DNA from: an uncultured Marinicella sp.
GTDB taxonomy: Bacteria > Pseudomonadota > Gammaproteobacteria > Xanthomonadales > Marinicellaceae
Length of the DNA stretch: 34,443 nucleotides
NCBI GenBank assembly: GCA_938008005.1
Contig: CALLLZ010000078.1
Location: 1-34,443, forward strand
Direction: 5' to 3'
Under the pieces are notes generated by a model. That model had not been told where the DNA came from, did no database searches, and saw only the letters and a list, made by a program, of their open reading frames with translations. This document shows positions 1-8,560 of the stretch, piece by piece; the first letter of the stretch is position 1; each line of letters begins with the position of its first letter. A program made the translations under genes and the position numbers.

Positions 1-644
1 ATTCTGCTAATTTAGATAATCAGAATGGCGGTTTTACGGTATTTGCTGAGGTTATAGCAGGAATGGATGTGGCAGATTTAATTGCTTCTTTACGAACCTC
101 AACATCAGAGCAACCTTTTTTAAATTACACTGGCGGTAATTTAGGTGTCGATAACTATGTGTATCTTGAAAAAGCCTTTGTGTTGTCCGATGAATTTCAA
201 ATCAACGCAGGGATATCAGGAGGTTGGGAAAATCCAGCTACGACTGGACAAGGTTATTACTTTGAAGTATTGCCAAGTGTGGATACCATGATAATGGCCT
301 GGTTTGCTTATGATTCAGCGCTTCCTGATACTGCAGCACCTTCTGCTATAGGCGATGCAGGTAATCGCTGGTTGACAGCATCCGGTACTTATCAGGACAA
401 TCAATTTGTTGCTAATGTGTTTAAAAGCAGTGGTGGTTTATTTGATGACTCAACACCAGTCTCTATAACTCCAGTTGGTGAGGTGATGATCACTTTTAAT
501 AACTGTTCAACCGGAGTGATGAGTTACACGTTAAATGATTCTGGCCTGAGTAATACCATCAATATTCAAAGGGTATCGGGTGTTAATGTAGATTTTTGTG
601 AAGAATTGGCCGTGGAAGCCAATCAAGGAGTGTCTACACAATAA
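1..644 (+). CDS. Cyclophilin-type peptidyl-prolyl cis-trans isomerase (5' truncated by the window) with an extra ~130-aa C-terminal beta-rich domain
   Basis: The frame is open from nt 3 and reads SANLDNQNGGFTVFAEVIAGMDVAD, the cyclophilin C-terminal motif (LD...TVFG.V..GMDVVD). It continues into SGGWENPATTGQGYYFEV...WFAYD...RWLTASG with two Cys. The ATG at 63 is internal. Confidence 0.8.
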   Translation, partial: SANLDNQNGGFTVFAEVIAGMDVADLIASLRTSTSEQPFLNYTGGNLGVDNYVYLEKAFVLSDEFQINAGISGGWENPATTGQGYYFEVLPSVDTMIMAWFAYDSALPDTAAPSAIGDAGNRWLTASGTYQDNQFVANVFKSSGGLFDDSTPVSITPVGEVMITFNNCSTGVMSYTLNDSGLSNTINIQRVSGVNVDFCEELAVEANQGVSTQ

Positions 645-1516
645 TTGATTTGAGTTTGCTTGAATATTTTTTCAGGCTGCCAATTTTCAATGGCCCAGTT
701 AAGCAACGCTGACTGGGTTTTTTTTTGTTCTTTGGGTGGGTTCTGTTGTAGCAGTTGTAGGGCCAGCCATGTTGTGTTGTAAGGATCTTCATGGGTGATG
801 GTTTTGCTGTGATTTTGTTTGCTGAGTTTGTTGCCAACTTGATTAATGATAACTGGAAAGTGGGCATAGTTAGGTTGTGATAGTTTTAATTGTTCTATCA
901 AATACATTTGCCTTGATGTGGAGTCCATAATATCAATGCCACGAACCACTTCAGTGATACCTTGATCAGCATCATCTACCACAACAGCCAGTTGGTAACA
1001 AAATAAACCATCTTTGCGTTTGATATTAAAATCGCCAGATTGTTCAGCGATGTTTTGCATCTGATGACCTTGAAAAAAATCGTTGAATTGAAACCGTTGT
1101 TGATTGGTTTTAAGTCGAATTGAATGTAATGGTTCAGTTTGATGTTGTTTGTTTCTGCAAGTGCCAGGATAGGTTGTAAGTCCAGATAATTGCTTGCGGG
1201 AGCAACTGCACCTATAGGTCAGCTTATGTTGTTCAAGTTGTTGATAAGCACTTTGGTATGCCGCTTGACGTTCTTCACTGGTTTGATAGACGACGGTTTC
1301 ATCTGAATGTAAGCCAAAACGGGCCAAGGTTTTGATGATTTGTTGATCAGCACCTTCAATGCTGCGAGTTTCATCAATGTCTTCAATTCTTAATAACCAA
1401 GCGCCTTGATTGGCTTTGGCTTGAAAATAGCTGATTAGAGCTGCAACCAAAGAACCCAGGTGCAAATCGCCAGTAGGTGAGGGTGCAAAGCGGCCTCGAT
1501 AACTAGGTTTACTCAA
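623..1516 (-). CDS. gluQ: tRNA glutamyl-Q(34) synthetase GluQRS
   Basis: GRFAPSPTGDLHLGS (HIGH-like), LRIEDID, CSCSRK..YPGTCR zinc motif, YQLAVVVDD, KLSKQN, no anticodon-binding domain. Start moved to TTG at 1516, which follows GGAG and overlaps the upstream stop. Confidence 0.93.
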   Translation of the reverse strand: MSKPSYRGRFAPSPTGDLHLGSLVAALISYFQAKANQGAWLLRIEDIDETRSIEGADQQIIKTLARFGLHSDETVVYQTSEERQAAYQSAYQQLEQHKLTYRCSCSRKQLSGLTTYPGTCRNKQHQTEPLHSIRLKTNQQRFQFNDFFQGHQMQNIAEQSGDFNIKRKDGLFCYQLAVVVDDADQGITEVVRGIDIMDSTSRQMYLIEQLKLSQPNYAHFPVIINQVGNKLSKQNHSKTITHEDPYNTTWLALQLLQQNPPKEQKKTQSALLNWAIENWQPEKIFKQTQINYCVDTP

Positions 1517-3563
1517 CTTGCTCCATTTTTTCAGCAGGTTCAGCAATAAAGTTACCTTGCACAAAATTGACCGCCATTTTCCACATAATGCTCATGGTTG
1601 AGGCATCTTCAATGAACTCACAAATGACTTGTTTACCTTGGTTGTGAGCTTTATCAACTATGCTTTTAACCTTTTCTTGGTTTTCTTTATTGTTACCCAA
1701 GTCTTCCATAAAGCTTGAATCGACTTTAAGCAAATCAACTGGAAAATGTTTCAAAATACTGAATGAATTCAAACCTGAGCCAAATTTTTCAACCACAATT
1801 TTACAGTGTGTGGCTTTAATGGACTTAATGATTGGTTTCATCTGTGTTGCGTAGGTCACCAACTCGCTTTCCCTGACTTCAAAAGCGATCTTGTCACCAG
1901 TAACGCCTGAAGCTTTAAACTGTTTGGCCAGCCAATTGGGGAAGGCAGGGTTGGTCAGGGTTTGGTGAGATAATTTGACGAAAAGCATTACATTATGATC
2001 AGAATTTTTGATTGCTTGGAGTGCTTTTTTTACAACCCAATGATCAATTTCAGTGATGAACCCGTATTTGGTTGCTACTGGAATAAATTGTTGTGGAAAA
2101 ATTAATTGATTTTCCTCTGCTTTCAGTCTTATCAATACTTCATAGTATTCTTTTTCATCGCCATCTATGTTGACTATAGGTTGGTAATGAATCACAAACT
2201 TATCATTCTCCAAACCATCGGTGATACGATCAATCCAAGCTTTTGAGGCAGCGCGGGCTTGTTTTTCTTCTTCAGCTGGATCAAAGATTTTAATTTGGTT
2301 GCCACCAGCTTCAATCAATGTGTTTAAGTTGTCACTCAGAGTTTTAATGACTTCTGTGTCAGACTCACTTTGTGGTGTAAGTTGTGTAACTGATAGACTG
2401 GCTGTACAGTTGACTGAAGTGTTACCAGCACTGAAAATTTGATCAGCAATCATGCTACGTAACTTATCAGCGACTTTTTCTGCGTTTTCGATAGATGTTT
2501 TCAGCTTCAGAATAAATGTGGTGTCAGAATAACGGCAGTAAACCACATCTTTGCCGAGTTTATCTTGCAAAAAATCGGCCATACTGACAATGAATAGATC
2601 CAAACTACCAATGCCCAGTTCTTTTTCATGGCGCTCAGCATCATCAATGCCGATCATTAACAAACTGTCACCGGCTTTGTTTTTAGCCGCGTCAATGGAT
2701 TCAGAAAGTAGTTGATGGAAATAAGTTCGATTATAGAATTTGGTTAATAAATCTTTGTTCCTTATTTCAAACAATTCTTTTTCAACTTCAGGATCTGCCG
2801 AAGGAATGTTAATAATGAATTGGGTGCATTTTTCACCGTTAATGGTGGCATTTGATACGTTCACAATACCATCGAATACCTCGCCGTCTGAAGTCATCAA
2901 TTTAAATTCTAAATCATCTTCAGGCATGATGTTTTTATTGATGTCTCGCAGCGTTTGTTTCGCTCGCGCGATGTCTTCTTTAGCAATCATGTTTAAGAAT
3001 GGAGTTACTTCCAATTCTTCAAAGTCATCGTACTGAAAGAGCTCTTGGTAAGACTGGTTGGAATAAACATGCATGCCATCATGGATATAAGCAATTGCTT
3101 GTTTAGAAGAGTCCAACAATAAATTACAACGCTTTTCTGTATTTTTCAATTCCAAGGCCAATACGATGTTCTTGCGCCTGTCATGCAGTGCTTTAACGTC
3201 TCTTAAGATTACATGTTTCATGTGATCGGGTAATTGAGGCGTGCAGTATGATGTGGCGCCAGCGTCAATGGCTTCGGTAATCAAGTCGGTATCGAAATCA
3301 TTCAATAAGGCAATAACCGGTAAATCAACGCCTATACGCTTGATGTGATCAACTACGGTTTGACAAGGTAAATCTGTTTGTAGTTGTTGGCATAACACCA
3401 GGTCCAATGGTTTCCTTTCTAATATACCCGCCAGATCTTCCTCATTGGTACAACGGGTTGGCCTTACGGCTATCTGGTAGTTTCTGAGTAATGACAGGAT
3501 GCGTTCGGCTTCCTCTTCAGATTGATGGATGATCAGTAAATTGATTGATTTTTCAGCAGCCAA
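1509..3563 (-). CDS. fimX: FimX-like REC-PAS-degenerate GGDEF-degenerate EAL c-di-GMP receptor
   Basis: Atypical N-terminal receiver, PAS (LLDSSKQAIAYIHDGMHVYSN), D.LT..YNR GGDEF entry with the signature replaced by YSDTTF, EVLIRL, and EKFGSG in place of DDFGTG. This is FimX architecture. TTG start with AAGGA upstream. Confidence 0.8.
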   Translation of the reverse strand: MAAEKSINLLIIHQSEEEAERILSLLRNYQIAVRPTRCTNEEDLAGILERKPLDLVLCQQLQTDLPCQTVVDHIKRIGVDLPVIALLNDFDTDLITEAIDAGATSYCTPQLPDHMKHVILRDVKALHDRRKNIVLALELKNTEKRCNLLLDSSKQAIAYIHDGMHVYSNQSYQELFQYDDFEELEVTPFLNMIAKEDIARAKQTLRDINKNIMPEDDLEFKLMTSDGEVFDGIVNVSNATINGEKCTQFIINIPSADPEVEKELFEIRNKDLLTKFYNRTYFHQLLSESIDAAKNKAGDSLLMIGIDDAERHEKELGIGSLDLFIVSMADFLQDKLGKDVVYCRYSDTTFILKLKTSIENAEKVADKLRSMIADQIFSAGNTSVNCTASLSVTQLTPQSESDTEVIKTLSDNLNTLIEAGGNQIKIFDPAEEEKQARAASKAWIDRITDGLENDKFVIHYQPIVNIDGDEKEYYEVLIRLKAEENQLIFPQQFIPVATKYGFITEIDHWVVKKALQAIKNSDHNVMLFVKLSHQTLTNPAFPNWLAKQFKASGVTGDKIAFEVRESELVTYATQMKPIIKSIKATHCKIVVEKFGSGLNSFSILKHFPVDLLKVDSSFMEDLGNNKENQEKVKSIVDKAHNQGKQVICEFIEDASTMSIMWKMAVNFVQGNFIAEPAEKMEQVE

Positions 3564-3728
3564 TATGTTGTTCCTTTGCTCAGTTGAAAGTAAGTACTTA
3601 GTCGGTTGTTGCTATTTGAAACATGCGAAATGTCCCAAACTTTTTATTAATATCCAATATTATAATGCCATTGAGTGTTGGTGAACAGTGTTTGTATGTC
3701 AATTGATGTGTCAAAAACACTTATGGTT

Positions 3729-4721
3729 TTATTGAAAAAGGTTGGTTTTGTTGTTTTGGCCAGCAACTTCTTTGACTAATCTAGGCACCAAATAACCAGG
3801 TAATTGGGTTTGTAATTGTTGATGGATTTTAATTGCGGTGGATTCTGCTACAGTGAAATGAGCGGCATTCTGGACTGCATCCATTTGATGCAAGTAATAA
3901 GGTAATACCCCTGATGCAAATAACTGATGGGATAAATCAGCCAAGATCTTGACACTGTCATTGATGTTTTTCAACAACACACTTTGGTTCAGCAGTGTAA
4001 AACCGGCTGCTTTTAAATTATCGATGGTTTGACGTGCTGATGTGCTGAGTTCTTGGGAGTGATTGACATGCAGTACCATGACCTTTTTTAGTTTTAAATT
4101 TTCTGCCCATTGGATAAACTCTGCGTCTACACGTTGCGGTAAAACCACTGGAATTCGACTGTGGATGCGCAAAGTTTTAATGTGTGGCATGGTTTGAAGG
4201 GAATCACTGAGAACTTGTAAAGTTTTGGTTTCAAGTGTCATGGGGTCGCCGCCGCTGAGTATAACCTCATGGATGCTGGGGGTTTTCTTGATATAGTCTA
4301 AGCTGGCTTGCCAGTGTCTTCGAGGTGCATAACTTTGACTGTAAGGAAAGTGTCTGCGAAAACAATAACGACAATTAACTGCACAACTGCCGCTGGCTAT
4401 TAATAACACCCGACCGTGATATTTATGGATTAAACCAGGTGTTTGGGTGGCTTCATGATCGCCAACAGGGTCGTTTAGGTAACCTGTAGTTTCGGATGTT
4501 TCTGCTTCAGTGGGTAAAAATTGTGCCAAAACAGGATCGTTTAACCCTTTTGAATCATCAATCAAATTTAACATATCATCGGTAATGACAGGTGGGAATA
4601 GTTCAGCTGCGGCCTGAGGGTGCTGATTGAATTCATCGGCGACTTTATTGGTGGGGTGTTGATTTCGCAGAGCCATTTGAAGCAGTTGTTGCCAACTATT
4701 AGGTGCTGTTGGATTTGACAT
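3729..4721 (-). CDS. epmB: EF-P beta-lysylation protein EpmB (lysine 2,3-aminomutase, KamA-family radical SAM)
   Basis: GLIHKYHGRVLL, CAVNCRYCFRRHFPY (CxxxCxxC), EVILSGGDP, LNQSVLL, PYYLH, LPGYLVPRLV. Divergent from efp. ATG 4721 preferred over 4784. Confidence 0.93.
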   Translation of the reverse strand: MSNPTAPNSWQQLLQMALRNQHPTNKVADEFNQHPQAAAELFPPVITDDMLNLIDDSKGLNDPVLAQFLPTEAETSETTGYLNDPVGDHEATQTPGLIHKYHGRVLLIASGSCAVNCRYCFRRHFPYSQSYAPRRHWQASLDYIKKTPSIHEVILSGGDPMTLETKTLQVLSDSLQTMPHIKTLRIHSRIPVVLPQRVDAEFIQWAENLKLKKVMVLHVNHSQELSTSARQTIDNLKAAGFTLLNQSVLLKNINDSVKILADLSHQLFASGVLPYYLHQMDAVQNAAHFTVAESTAIKIHQQLQTQLPGYLVPRLVKEVAGQNNKTNLFQ

Positions 4722-4856
4722 GTTTGATTGTATTCGTTCTGAGACGACTTTGGATGTATATAAGCAGGGCATTCTAACATGCACAATGTTTGAATGTTGG
4801 GTGATTCAGTCAGCAGACGAATCAATATGATTGCTGCCATTGAGTAATAATCGCTG

Positions 4857-4865
4857 TGATATAAT
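4857..4865 (+). promoter_or_regulatory. Extended -10 promoter element (TGaTATAAT) for efp
   Basis: Exact TGnTATAAT about 35 nt upstream of the efp ATG; SD GAGGA at about 4889-4893. Confidence 0.55.
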
Positions 4866-4899
4866 TCGCCACTTTGAAGACAATTAATGAGGAACATTC

Positions 4900-5469
4900 A
4901 TGTCGGTTTACAGTACATCACAATTTAAAAATGGTTTGAAAATTATGTTTGATGGAGACCCTTTCAACATCGTCGAAAACCAAGAAGTTAAACCAGGTAA
5001 AGGCCAAGCCTTTAATCGGGTCAAAATGCGCAATTTAAAAACTGGTCGAGTGATAGAAAAAACATTCAAGTCCAATGAAAAGGTTGACGCTGCTGATGTG
5101 ATAGATACCGAGATGCAATATTTGTATAACGATGGTGACTTCTATCACTTTATGGACCCAAACTCTTTTGAGCAATTTGAAGCCAGCGAAACAGCTGTGG
5201 GTGAAAATGCCAAATGGCTCAAAGAAGAAGACATCTGTATGGTTACTTTGTGGAATAATGTTCCATTAACAGTTGACCCTCCTAATTTTGTAGAATTAAC
5301 CATTACCGAAACAGACCCGGGTGTTCGTGGTGATACATCAGGTGGTGGTAGTAAACCTGCAACCTTGGAAACAGGGGCAGTTGTTAATGTACCCTTGTTT
5401 GTTCCTCAAGGTGAAGTCATTAAAGTGGATACCCGTTCTGGTGAATACGTGAGCCGTGTCAAAAAATAA
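4900..5469 (+). CDS. efp: Elongation factor P
   Basis: VKPGKGQAF loop with the modified Lys, [23 protein letters not shown]-like end; 189 aa. Confidence 0.98.
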   Translation: MSVYSTSQFKNGLKIMFDGDPFNIVENQEVKPGKGQAFNRVKMRNLKTGRVIEKTFKSNEKVDAADVIDTEMQYLYNDGDFYHFMDPNSFEQFEASETAVGENAKWLKEEDICMVTLWNNVPLTVDPPNFVELTITETDPGVRGDTSGGGSKPATLETGAVVNVPLFVPQGEVIKVDTRSGEYVSRVKK

Positions 5470-6514
5470 CTCAACGCCGGAGAATACAGCGTCTAATAAT
5501 TTAGGCTCTTGGCGTTTTAATGGTCCGTTGTGTTTGTTAAAGCAACGGGCTTTTTTATTGTCTTCAATTCGTGGTTTTTTTGCAGCTAAAAGTGTACTAG
5601 AAGTAGAAACCCCTATATTATCTTCGGCAGCCAATACTGATGTACAAATCGGAACGCTCTCTAGTCAGTCTATTGTAGAGAGCAAAGAACACTCTTATTT
5701 AAGAACTTCGCCAGAGTTTTTTCACAAAAGATTGTTGGCCAGTGGTGCAGGCGATTTGTTTGAAATTGCCCGAGTGTTTAGACGTGATGAGAGGACGCAA
5801 CTACATAATCCAGAATTCACTCTGCTGGAATGGTATCGTTTGGATTTCGATATGCATCAGTTAATGGATGAAGTGATTGAACTAATACAGTACTTACGAG
5901 TTCAGTTGGGGGGGGCTGAGCTGACTATTGAGTCAACCAGCTACCAAGAGCTGTTTGAACGATATGCCGGTTTTAACCCTTTTGATATCAGCCTTAGTTC
6001 AATACAGGACCAGTGCCAGGCTCATGGTTATACAGGCAGTGATTTGAGTCGCACTGAGGCTTTAGATTTTATTTTTTCCATTGTGATTCAACCGCAGCTT
6101 AATATGACCCAAAATACTGAAGAGGGAAATCAAGCTGTTGATAATAACCAACAAGCAATGGGGCTGATGATTTATCATTTTCCAATTGAAATGGCAGCTT
6201 TAGCCCAAGCCCATGCGGAGTTGCCAGATCGCTGTTTGCGCTTTGAATTTTTGTGGGGCGGTGTGGAATTGGCCAATGGTTATCAAGAACTCACTGACGC
6301 CATAGAACAACAACAACGTTTTGAACAAGATAATCTTACCCGTTTAAAATTGGGTAAGCCAACACTGCCAATTGATCAAAATCTAATTACTGCGATGACT
6401 CAGGGGCTTCCAGAGTGTTCTGGAGTTGCCTTAGGGGTTGAGCGTTTAATGATGTCTCTACTGGGGTATCAAAGCATTGATGAAGTGATGGGTTTTATGG
6501 CCGAAAATAGCTGA
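5456..6514 (+). CDS. epmA: EF-P lysine aminoacylase EpmA (GenX/PoxA)
   Basis: [26 protein letters not shown]...[36 protein letters not shown]. LysRS catalytic core without anticodon domain, directly after efp; GTG start overlaps efp by 14 nt. Confidence 0.95.
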   Translation: MSKNNSTPENTASNNLGSWRFNGPLCLLKQRAFLLSSIRGFFAAKSVLEVETPILSSAANTDVQIGTLSSQSIVESKEHSYLRTSPEFFHKRLLASGAGDLFEIARVFRRDERTQLHNPEFTLLEWYRLDFDMHQLMDEVIELIQYLRVQLGGAELTIESTSYQELFERYAGFNPFDISLSSIQDQCQAHGYTGSDLSRTEALDFIFSIVIQPQLNMTQNTEEGNQAVDNNQQAMGLMIYHFPIEMAALAQAHAELPDRCLRFEFLWGGVELANGYQELTDAIEQQQRFEQDNLTRLKLGKPTLPIDQNLITAMTQGLPECSGVALGVERLMMSLLGYQSIDEVMGFMAENS

Positions 6515-7053
6515 GATAAGATCTTAGCATGATTTATTTAGTGGTTTCTGGTTGTTTAAAAAAGATCAAACTCACGCTTATGCACTTAACTACTGTTTCA
6601 TCTTTAAGTCAGGTGAATAAGGTGGTATTCCAAAATTATTATGTGTTATGCCTGTTAAAATCAACTGTAAACACAACGCAGTCATCCTTAGGCGAAGCAT
6701 ATAGCTTCAATCGAACTATTTAATAAAAAAAGCTAAAACAACTTTTTGCCTAATAAAATTGAAAAAGACATAGGGATGTATTTTGATGTATAAACTTTGA
6801 GGTTTCTTTGATATTGCTTATGTCATGCTTTCAAAGTGGATCCCGGAATCTCATACCAATTAATCAAATCAATACAGTGGACAGTACATTCAAGTTGGCT
6901 GGTTCAATCTAACCGGGAAATTCGTCCGAGGACGACACCTTGTAAAGTTTGTATATCGCCTGAAACGCCAGCCAAAAATAACACAGCTGTTCACAACTCG
7001 CTTGTTTTGCTGTGGTATCTGATTAATAAGAGGATAAACTTCTGATATGTAAT

Positions 7054-8442
7054 TCATAACCACCAAGTAGCCACACTGGATATCATTATGGCGCCAATAA
7101 AATTCAACTTTAGCCCTTGTTTGATCATACTTTGAATCGGTACGCGTTCAGAGCCAAAAACGATGGCATTGGGAGCAGTGGCCACTGGGAGCATAAATGC
7201 ACAACTGGCGCTGATGGCAGCTGGTATCATAATTTTCAGGGGATCAACGCCCATGGCTTCAGCAGCCGACATCAATACTGGCATCAATATGGCTGTGGTT
7301 GCGGTGTTACTGGTTAATTCAGTCAAGAATGTAATGACCAGACAAATAGTTAATATTAAAACAAATAGATGCACGTCATGCAAAAACATTAACTGATCAG
7401 CCAATAAAGCGCTTAAACCTGTGCTTTTAAATGCAGCTGCGATCACCATCCCCCCAGAAAATAACAGTAAGACGCCCCAAGGAATGGTGTTAGCGGTGTG
7501 CCAAGTGAGTAATTTGTTGTTTGTTGATTTATTTGACTTATTCATGCCATCTGAGATCAAAAACAAAGCCACCACACCCAACAAAGCCACCGATGCGTCA
7601 TTCGCATAAGGTAGGTCCAGCCAACTTTTCCAGCCACCAAAAGGTGCAGTACGTGTTACCCATAATAAGGCAGTGATTGCAAACACCCAAAGGGTGCGTT
7701 TTTGTGCTGTGTTTAAAGGTTGTTGCTGCAAATTGTGGCTGATAGAGAGCTGGGTATTGACTTGTGAAACCAATAACCAAATCATTACTGGGAAAAATAA
7801 AGTTACCATAGGAAAAACCTGCTGAATCCAAGCCAGAAAGCCCAATTCGTTGCCAGTGCCACCTTGGTAATTTTGGATCATAATTAAATTAGGTGGGGTT
7901 CCAATTGGAGTTAAGGTACCGCCAATGCTTGCTGCATATGCAATACCCAATAACAGTAGGGTGGCAAAGTGTTTATCTTGGCTGGTTCCAAGAATGGCAA
8001 TGGCAATCGGCAGTAACATCAAAGTGGTTGCAGTATTAGATATCCACATGCTCAACAAGAATGCTGTGAGCATAAAGCCAACGATGATTTTTTTTGGATT
8101 GTCGGTTCCAATTGCGGACAGTATTTTATGGGCCAAGTATTGGTGGGTATTGTTTTGTGACATAGCCGTAGACAGTAAGAAACCGCCCAGTAATAAAATA
8201 ATTAATGGGCTGCCATAAGCTTGCGCCACTTCTGTTGGTGTTATGACGCCTAGTAATGGAAAAAGTGAAATGGGAATCAGGGATGCCACTGGAATGGGTA
8301 TCCATTCGGTCACCCAAAAAATGGCTGTGGTACTGGTTATCATTAAGGTGATAAATTGTGCAGTGTTAATTAGTTCTTGCCATTTAAGTACAAAAACTAA
8401 CAAGTAAACAAGGATAAATATGCTGATTTTTTTTATGGACAT
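7054..8442 (-). CDS. SLC13/DASS family Na+:dicarboxylate/sulfate symporter
   Basis: Many TM helices; SMWISNTAT and TELTSNTAT motifs, GGTLTPIGTPPN, SCAFMLPVATAPNAIVF. Confidence 0.92.
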   Translation of the reverse strand: MSIKKISIFILVYLLVFVLKWQELINTAQFITLMITSTTAIFWVTEWIPIPVASLIPISLFPLLGVITPTEVAQAYGSPLIILLLGGFLLSTAMSQNNTHQYLAHKILSAIGTDNPKKIIVGFMLTAFLLSMWISNTATTLMLLPIAIAILGTSQDKHFATLLLLGIAYAASIGGTLTPIGTPPNLIMIQNYQGGTGNELGFLAWIQQVFPMVTLFFPVMIWLLVSQVNTQLSISHNLQQQPLNTAQKRTLWVFAITALLWVTRTAPFGGWKSWLDLPYANDASVALLGVVALFLISDGMNKSNKSTNNKLLTWHTANTIPWGVLLLFSGGMVIAAAFKSTGLSALLADQLMFLHDVHLFVLILTICLVITFLTELTSNTATTAILMPVLMSAAEAMGVDPLKIMIPAAISASCAFMLPVATAPNAIVFGSERVPIQSMIKQGLKLNFIGAIMISSVATWWL

Positions 8443-8560
8443 GAGTTCGATACTGTTGCGTATGTTTTATGGCTGAAATTAATGTTTTTTTAATATTTAA
8501 GCTTGTAATCTTACTGCAATAAAATTTATGATGTTAGGGTTTATTAATTTGGGGACACAA

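Noticed and set aside
1517-1564. ORF-track N-terminal extension of gluQ
   Set aside because: Overlaps fimX; GluQRS normally starts a few residues before GRFAPSP, and TTG 1516 has an SD.
4568-4897. 109-aa minus-strand ORF over the epmB/efp promoter region
   Set aside because: Overlaps epmB out of frame and the efp promoter; no motif.
6529-7045. Plus-strand ORFs 6529-6723 and 6836-7045
   Set aside because: No recognisable motif or convincing SD; composition looks non-coding.
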